A stretch of 55,734 nucleotides of DNA, counting the filler, from Catajapyx aquilonaris (Eukaryota), in NCBI GenBank assembly GCA_000934665.2. It is 3 parts of 3 records of this genome, joined end to end, with 100 filler letters (N's around TTAATTAATTAA, not from the genome) between each part and the next. Parts side by side here need not be neighbours in the genome. Positions count along the whole stretch, not along the records: positions 37,108 to 55,734 come from JYFJ02006703.1; 2 more parts are not named here. One strand, 5' to 3'. The notes under the pieces are model-generated. The model had not been told where the DNA came from. It ran no database searches and worked only from the letters and a program-made list of their open reading frames with translations. Below are positions 48,431 to 55,734 of the stretch, piece after piece (positions within the stretch are counted from its first letter, which is position 1; each line of letters opens with the position of its first letter). The translations under genes and the position numbers were made by a program.

Positions 48431-49269
48431 CAGTTTCATGTGCGACTAGTGCTCCCTAATGACCGCAGATAATAATTCAGCTCTGTTAACAAAGGAAAAT
48501 TGACAACCAAAACATGAATAAAGGACAAAATAACTCATCATTTCTTCAATTAATTAGTGACACACATGTCAGGTCTACCTGTGACCTCCCACACCACTGG
48601 GGCCAGTCCCCCCTTTCACCTGGTGTCTGGTCTGGGGATGGGGCCGCCCCTGGCCCTTACCAGCCCCTGGGCATATCCAACCAGCACCCGTCTCAAACCA
48701 AAGAGAAGATGGAAATGAGCGACCAGGGCCAACAAACCCTAGTTTTCATATATCGTTAATATAATTGTAATTGTGCTGTAATATAGTTTTAACAAGTTGC
48801 TGCGATCGAAGCAACTAGCTCTCTTTATCATCTCACTGAAGTAATTAAAGCAATTTGTAGCGGCTTCTTAAAATGCTCGCATAATCGGATGTGTCTTAGG
48901 TTGGTAAATAATTAAGATGACAAGTGTTGAAAGTGACTGAACTTCAAAATAAGAAAGGGGCATGACGTAAAATCGGTAGGTAACTGATCGATTAATGGAA
49001 TGGTGGCTTTAGTGCAAATATAAATCAATTTCTCAAGTACTCTATATCAATGCACTCTATCAAATGAAGCCAGTATATTCCTTCTATGCCCATTATCGTA
49101 GGTGATAGGGACTTGTTTGTCGAGTGGACCACTTCACTTAATATTCTACTATGATAATGCTTTTTTCCCCCCCGCCAATCAATATCAGGGAGAGGTTCGT
49201 GGTGTATGGAGACTAAAGGCCATATCAGGATTAAACTGTGTGCAGAGTAGGCGCGATCCCAGTCAGACC

Positions 49270-50727
49270 ATGGCAATTGGAGAGGACAACAATCCAGCAT
49301 CGACAAGAATTGTCCGCGTGGAGTCCAAAGATGGAGCGAGAGACGCTTTTTGGGCAATAGGACCCTTGGCAGTGGCATCCTCCTTCTTCGGACTGATGCC
49401 ATGGCCTCCATTCCCTCCGAACAAGTCATTCCGACACACTTGGCCAACAATCCTGACCCTGGTCCTGATCGCCACCCTTCTGGCCACCAACATCCTCAAG
49501 GGCGGTACGGACGAAGCGTCGGAAGCGTCCCGGCTAAGATGCACCTACGACTACCTCATCAGCTGGCTCTACCTGATGCTCCTCTGCGCCTCCTGGTTCA
49601 ACGCACTCATCATCATCTGGAACTGGCGGGCTGGAGAGAAGGCCATGCTGGGTCTGGACCACCATCGTCAAGCCTCATCGGATCTCAACCAGGAGATGAG
49701 GAAGGTCTCCTGGCGCATTGTGGCCGTCTCTCTGGCAGACGCGGCCTCATACTTCATCTACACCATTCTCTTGGGAAAGAATGACGTCTACTTTAGCCTG
49801 CTGATCTTCTCCGCCATTGCCATCCGCGACCTGGCTCCGGGTCAATTGGTCCACTTCTCCATGGCCATACAGCTGAGGTTCGAACAAGTCAACCGGTGCC
49901 TCAGCTCCATTTGCTGTGGTATGCGAGATGTCCTTTGTACCTCAAATGTTGGGACACCCTGTACACCAGCACCCATCGATGTCCTGTCCGCTGCTGGCCA
50001 ACAGTACTTCTCATTGTGCCGGTTGACTGAGGAGGTCAGCAGACTGTACGGACACGTTGCCTGCATCACTTACTTGTCCTCTGTGTCCGAGACTGCCGTC
50101 CGGATCTTCTTGGTGATTGGTTATTCGGACAAGTTTGAACCCATAGTGGTTGGTTTGTGCATCGGGATTGTTGTGTCGCGAGTGGTCATTGTTTATGCTG
50201 GAACTTGCATCATACACAACGTCAGGGAGAAGGTATTGCGTTTCTTCTAAAAGCCAAGCTTTTTCCAACTCAAACTAATTACCAAATTAATATTCTAGTC
50301 GTCAACGTCGTTGGATGACCTGATCCGGGCTCAGTCTCTGGATTTAAGTCGTGATTGTCAATTGAAGGTGAGTGATGTCAATATTATTAGCTTACAATCC
50401 CGATAATATTGTTTACATCTTCTCCGCCAGATTCAAGCTATTGTTCAGAAAATGAGTGGTCCCCCGGTACAAATCACTGCTGGATCCTTCTTTGCAATTA
50501 ATCGCGAGCTCATAACATCGGTAAGCTTACATTAATAGAATTCACAAAAAGAGAAGCGTACTTTAATTTAATGTCAATTCTGATTTTTTAAGCTTGCAGG
50601 AGCTGTTACGACTTATTTGATAATCCAGGCCCAGTTCAGAGGATCAGAAGGGAATCATAGTAACTTTTTGGATGACACATATGAAGGCGACATTGTTGGG
50701 AATGAGAGCAATGTAGCACAATTTTAA
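49270..50727 (+). CDS. Gustatory receptor (7TM chemoreceptor) GR-1
   Basis: Exons 49270-50232, 50299-50367, 50431-50520, 50593-50727; three phase-0 introns near the C-terminus; ITAGSFFAINR and TTYLIIQAQF (TYhhhhhQF motif); AATAAA at 50819. Confidence 0.9.
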
Positions 50728-50971
50728 TGGAGCTGACTTGTTGTGATCCCCATCTTAATGAGCTACATTAAACACTACAGATCATTCTTTAGTGTACATT
50801 TTCTGCTTAGTGGAATACAATAAAGCTTCATCACTCTATTGTGTCTAGGGCCTTCCTTACTAAAATAATTTTGCATAACGTGTTGCATGATGCCAGTTTG
50901 TGCGTATTATGTTGGCACGAAATGCCCATGAGAAATTCCAAAAAGGTAGATTGTCATTTTCAAGTGCTTAA

Positions 50972-51380
50972 TTAATCCCGTATGAAGAGCGCCTTGGGTA
51001 TAGACCATTGCGTGGAAAAACAAGTTCCCGAAGGCGAACAGCGGACTAATACGTAATCTATTTTCCTACTGCACAATAACAACCTGCTGGTGGCGACATG
51101 GTAATCACTTATTCTTTGAATATTCAATACAGTGAAGCTTCTCTCCCCACGAACAGTATGGGAGGAGACATTCGCTCCTGATGGATTCATTTAAGTGACC
51201 AAACCTGCGAGCAATTCCCACAGAAAAGTAGACGAGATGGCCTGGAATCAAGTCCCGGATGGCGATGGCTTGGAACATAAGGAGTGAGTTACACACGTAG
51301 ACCCGACTGCCTCTCAGGTGCTTGTATGAAACACTCTCACGTGACATATGGAGAATAATTCTTGCCACATCAAAAATCTA
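50972..51380 (-). pseudogene. GR gene fragment
   Basis: QAIAIRDLIPGHLVYFSVGIARRFGHLNESI matches GR-1 AIAIRDLAPGQLVHFSMAIQLRFEQVN and GR-3 RDLIPGQ; no N-terminus or C-terminal exons. Confidence 0.75.
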
Positions 51381-51454
51381 TGCTCTTTGTGTAAGTACTG
51401 ATGACCCAATAATGTAATACAAGCACATACCCTACCAGTCATAAAAGGGTTTGT

Positions 51455-52835
51455 TTATTGAGTAGGAGCAGAAGAAGCTGGGGCTGGTTCAGCATCGTTG
51501 AACTGCGCCAAGACAATCAAATACGTGGTCAATGCCCCTGCAATCTGAATGATAAAATGTAGTCAAATTAAACGATAATAGTACACACTGGGGGAATAAC
51601 ACGTACCGATGTCACTAGACCGCGGTTGACAGAAAAGAAGTTGGCAGCCGTAATTTGAACAGGAGAATGACATGTCATTTGATAAATCAGTGCTTGAACC
51701 TGCAATTCATAAATTGTAAGTATACGTTTTGCTGTTTTTTTCAGCATCAGCAGATTACCTGTGATTGGCAAACCGGATTCACTCGAGGATATGCTTGAAT
51801 CACATCTTTCAATGACGTCGCTGCCTGTCAATAATAAATTGCAATAGTATAGTGCTGTTGAACACTCTGCCTCATTGAGACCATGATAGAGTCATGTAAG
51901 CAAATATGATCAGGGCTGACCTCGTTGGGAATGTCCCCCAGAATAATTGTGAAGATAACTACGGCTGCCGCAGGTAGGACACCTTCTGGCACCATCATGA
52001 GAGTTGTGGTCGACAAGTCTCCCGAAAAGACAGTCAGGATCACGTAGAAGAGACAGCTAGTCATCCACACCAGAAAGGTCAGGTAAAATAGCGCCAGAGG
52101 CATTCCGTACACGTCGGAAATGTAGTTCACCAAGTCGTAGCATCGATGAAGACGGTCAGACAACTTCTGGAGAACAAGCTCAGTTCCTTCCTTACATTCA
52201 TCACATGCGGCTGAGATTTCACTATTCACTTGTTGCAACTCGGTTCGTAAAACCATGGCTAAGAAGGTGACCTCTGTCGGGAATGCAAAAGACAGCAACA
52301 AACAATGGCAGCAGGCAACGACGTACAGAACGGAACCTAATTTGAAATGATCGGAAAGTTTCATTCCGATTATCATCATGCCAGGGGTGAGCAGCAGCAA
52401 CAAAAAGCACAGGAAGATGAATGTTAGGTAGTGTTTAGGCACCTTCACCTTGCACGAGTGCACCTGAGACACTGCGACGACCAGTGTCCATATCTGCTCT
52501 CTTCTGGTCAGCAAAATGAAGAAGATGGTCCAAGGTCCGCATAAGAAGGCAGAGGTGTGGATGAGATATGCCACTCTCTCTGTTGGACCAATCTCTGAGT
52601 CTGCGTCTATCTGTGCAGGAAAACTGGTGCACACCACAACATACACAATCAACAATCCCACGTTGACTAAAGCAGACCAGTGAGTCCGCCAAGACTTGCT
52701 GTAACTGTCCATTGTTGTGGGCCAGGGACACGGGAAGTGTCCTGCCATCACACCCATGACGGCAACTGGTCTGAAAGCAGTCCAATACGAGTGACTGTGA
52801 TCCCATGGCCTGCGATGTGGTCTTATGCGATTCAT
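51455..52835 (-). CDS. Gustatory receptor GR-2
   Basis: Exons 52835-51921, 51824-51759, 51699-51607, 51544-51455; ITAANFFSVNR; TTYLIVLAQF. Confidence 0.9.
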
Positions 52836-53627
52836 ATTGCAAACTGAAGGTCATTTCCAGATGTAGTTTGTTGTCATATTCTCTCATGAAAGTCATAAGC
52901 AATGCTCTTTGGAGCACATTTCGTGACAATAAATCAATGTGGGAAACAGCAGCCACTTAGGTGGAACATCGATGATCGATGGGGCTTTTATGCAGCTGTG
53001 ACCTTAACATTACGGCAATATTCCTACATTCATGTCAAACAGAATAGCTGGCACTAACTTGTAAGATGGATTGACTGTAACCATCCAGTTTAAGCTACAA
53101 TTTTATTGCAGTCCGTGGCAGGAAATCCAATAATACATTGAGCAGATAATAGCAGTATGGAAGCCAACTGGGTGTGAGACATGTACAAACTGCTTTCAAA
53201 AGACTGCCGGGTTATTTGGGAAAGACTGTGTGTGTAGCATCTACGACAACATGGAACGATGAATGTGGGGACACTGAAGGTTAATCAATACATTCATCAA
53301 GTGTTGGCTCGAGTTCATTTATATTTTACAGAAGATTATGCCAACATGGGCAGCGTTGCATAACTAGGACACCTATGAGCACATTAAATCAGGAAAACTC
53401 CAGGTCTAGTCATTGACATTATTGCCACAATTTTATTGCACTGGCAAATAATTCCATTACGCTGATTGCGTGCTGTTCAATAATTGTCCTGGTATGTTCA
53501 TTCAATAAACTCGCTTGTCATGCAATTCGTGACACACTGTACATATGCTTATACCATATACACACATTAATTAAAATGATTTTATAAGCAACTAGTACTA
53601 GGCAACACAATTGATGAGTCACTGCTT

Positions 53628-55050
53628 TTAGACGTTCTCCGTGCCTCTGAATTGTACCAAGATGATTAAATAAGTGGTACTTGCACCCACTAGCTGAAAA
53701 CAAAATATTTGCTTTAGTTAGTCCTGTATCAAGTGGAATAAGTTTGTTATTAGTTTACCGAAGTTAATAGTCCGCGGTTGATGGTGAAGTAATTGGAGGC
53801 TGTGATTTGAATGGGAGGACCGCTCATTTTTTGGATCAGAGCCTGTACCTGAAATCCTCACGAGAAGGAAACATTGCACATGAAGACAAAGCCAGGTGCT
53901 TTTTTTTTTTTTTTGCATAAGCATATATCACTGTTTCAACTCATACAAAATGTAAAAGAACAATGTGCATGGATCTGACCTGTGATTGGCAGCCTGGACT
54001 GAGGTCAAGTGTGCCCACCCTGATCAGGTCATCCAATGACATGGTAGCCTACAAGTGAAAACCATGTAATGATGTATGGCATATGAATGATTTCATTACT
54101 GCATGTAATTCACTAACCTCTTCACGTACGCTGTCCATCAAGCTGGTAAAATAGTGTACGAACCACGATCGCGAAACAGTAATTACGAATATAGCCACTG
54201 TAATTCCCAGTGGTAAATCACGTAAGGACAAAAGCACAAATTTGCTGGCCACTATTTCCAACACAAATGACGTGTAAGTGATGCACATGACCAGTCCGTT
54301 CACTGCGCTGAATTGCTTCACCAGCAGGGACATCTCCATCAGAAAGTGACACATGTTTGAAAACGTCTTTTGGGCATGGCCGGAAGAAGTGGCCACTGTT
54401 TTGTACACTGAATATGTACCTTGAAGGGTATCGCACGTGGACTTGATAGTGTCGTTCATGTGCTTCAGTTTCTGTGCTATTATGGAGGCGACAAATATCA
54501 CTTGCCCTGGAATCAAGTCTCGTAAGACAACAGCTTGAATCCACAGTATTAGCGACAATACTTTTCTGACAATATCGCCATGTCCGAGAGTTTGGCTTCC
54601 CATGAAGGACACGTACAGAATTATATCCAACAACACGAGAAACAAAATTTGCCAGGCTAATTTACGACTCACGCTGTTGTGTCCATACTTCAGATCAACT
54701 TTGCACAACTTTTTAAATAGATTTATAATCGCCTTACTCTTGCAGACGACTATGAGTGCACTTAACCATGTCAGCAGGTGCATGGACACAAATACCACAA
54801 TGAAAGTAAAGCCCTCACTATTCAAATTCAACGAGCCCAGTAGACACACATCTTTGTGAATTGCACACATTGTGATGTCGGATATTACAACAAGTATGTG
54901 TAAAGCCAAAGGCCATCTGCGCACAAGGGAAGGCTTGGCAGGACGGAGAGGCCATGGCCACAATCCAAAAATGGCCGAGGCAGCAGCCAGAGGTTTGAAT
55001 GACCAGAAGAGATCCTGAGCCGCAGGGAGGAACCTCCCACGAGCCAACAT
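53628..55050 (-). CDS. Gustatory receptor GR-3
   Basis: Exons 55050-54118, 54048-53980, 53848-53759, 53693-53628; ITASNYFTINR; TTYLIILVQF. Confidence 0.9.
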
Positions 55051-55734
55051 TGCAACCGATCAGGTGAGGACTTGATATTATGAACCAGGACCTTTGTAGG
55101 CGGTAGGGTGTGCTTAGAAACTCAAGTTGGTTTATAACACGATGCATTATTTATCAAACGGTGATGAATTGTGTGCGGCCATTTCACAGCTCTTACGGGT
55201 CAAGGCAGCACCAAGCCATAAGCCATGCATAATACAGTACAAGGAGGCATCAAAGAAGAGGTAAAAACCTGGAGAGGCAGCTCATTTGGCCTATGCAACT
55301 CTCAATCAGCTAGAACCACATTGCTACGATGATGACAATTCAACAGTTACTTACAGGAAGACGCGTGGTTTAAGGAAAATTACATGTAGTTATTACGTGT
55401 AAATTGGTACATGACCCTCGCATGCTGGAAATGTATTTCTGCCAAAAATCATTTCCATATTTCTTATAATTATGGGAAATGTACGGAACCTTTCAATGGT
55501 TTCTCAGTGGAGGACTGGAGGTCACCTTGCGCCAGAAGCAGGGTTAGGTGCATTAGGAGCACAGATCGTGACCGCAATTACAGGTGCACATACTGACGAG
55601 AGTTAAAACATGACTCAATAGATTTAACAGGAAACACAGACATAATTGAATGGTCAGGGATTGATGCTGTATTCCTGTAAAAGAATACATTATCTGTCAT
55701 CTCCAATAAGCAGGTTCCACTGGAAAAGAATACG

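Noticed and set aside
49102..49269. N-terminal extension of GR-1 in the ORF track
   Set aside because: Begins at a non-ATG codon; ATG 49270 gives an N-terminus comparable to GR-2 and GR-3.
51455..55050. Alternatively spliced GR locus with shared C-terminal exons
   Set aside because: Each intact GR has its own exons 2-4 and stop codon.

Overview
Eukaryotic (arthropod-like: gustatory receptors, short GT-AG introns, tRNA-derived SINEs) genomic DNA. It is made of three ~18.5-kb blocks joined by identical 100-nt assembly spacers (44 N + TTAATTAATTAA + 44 N at 18489-18588 and 37008-37107), so adjacency between blocks is not established. Block 1 (1-18488) has no convincing host gene. It is a dense transposon graveyard: three tRNA-SINE families with TSDs, an RTE-like LINE remnant, a solo LTR, a non-autonomous Helitron, many MITEs, and several near-spacerless palindromic (foldback) elements of 0.45-2 kb carrying nested insertions. 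Block 2 (18589-37007) is gene-dense: an F-box/LRR gene head-to-head with a six-Tudor-domain gene, a decayed F-box paralogue, an intact glycogen phosphorylase, and two tandem acid-lipase genes sharing a GC-AG intron. Block 3 (37108-55734) holds three intact 4-exon gustatory-receptor (GR) genes, a CMC/EnSpm transposon remnant and ~11 kb of decayed, duplicated GR-like pseudogene sequence. I found no prokaryote-type system (CRISPR, operon etc.). The best leads are the nested foldback elements, the Tudor protein lacking an intact aromatic cage in its F-box context, and the GR birth-and-death array. All gene models were spliced by eye and no database searches were run.
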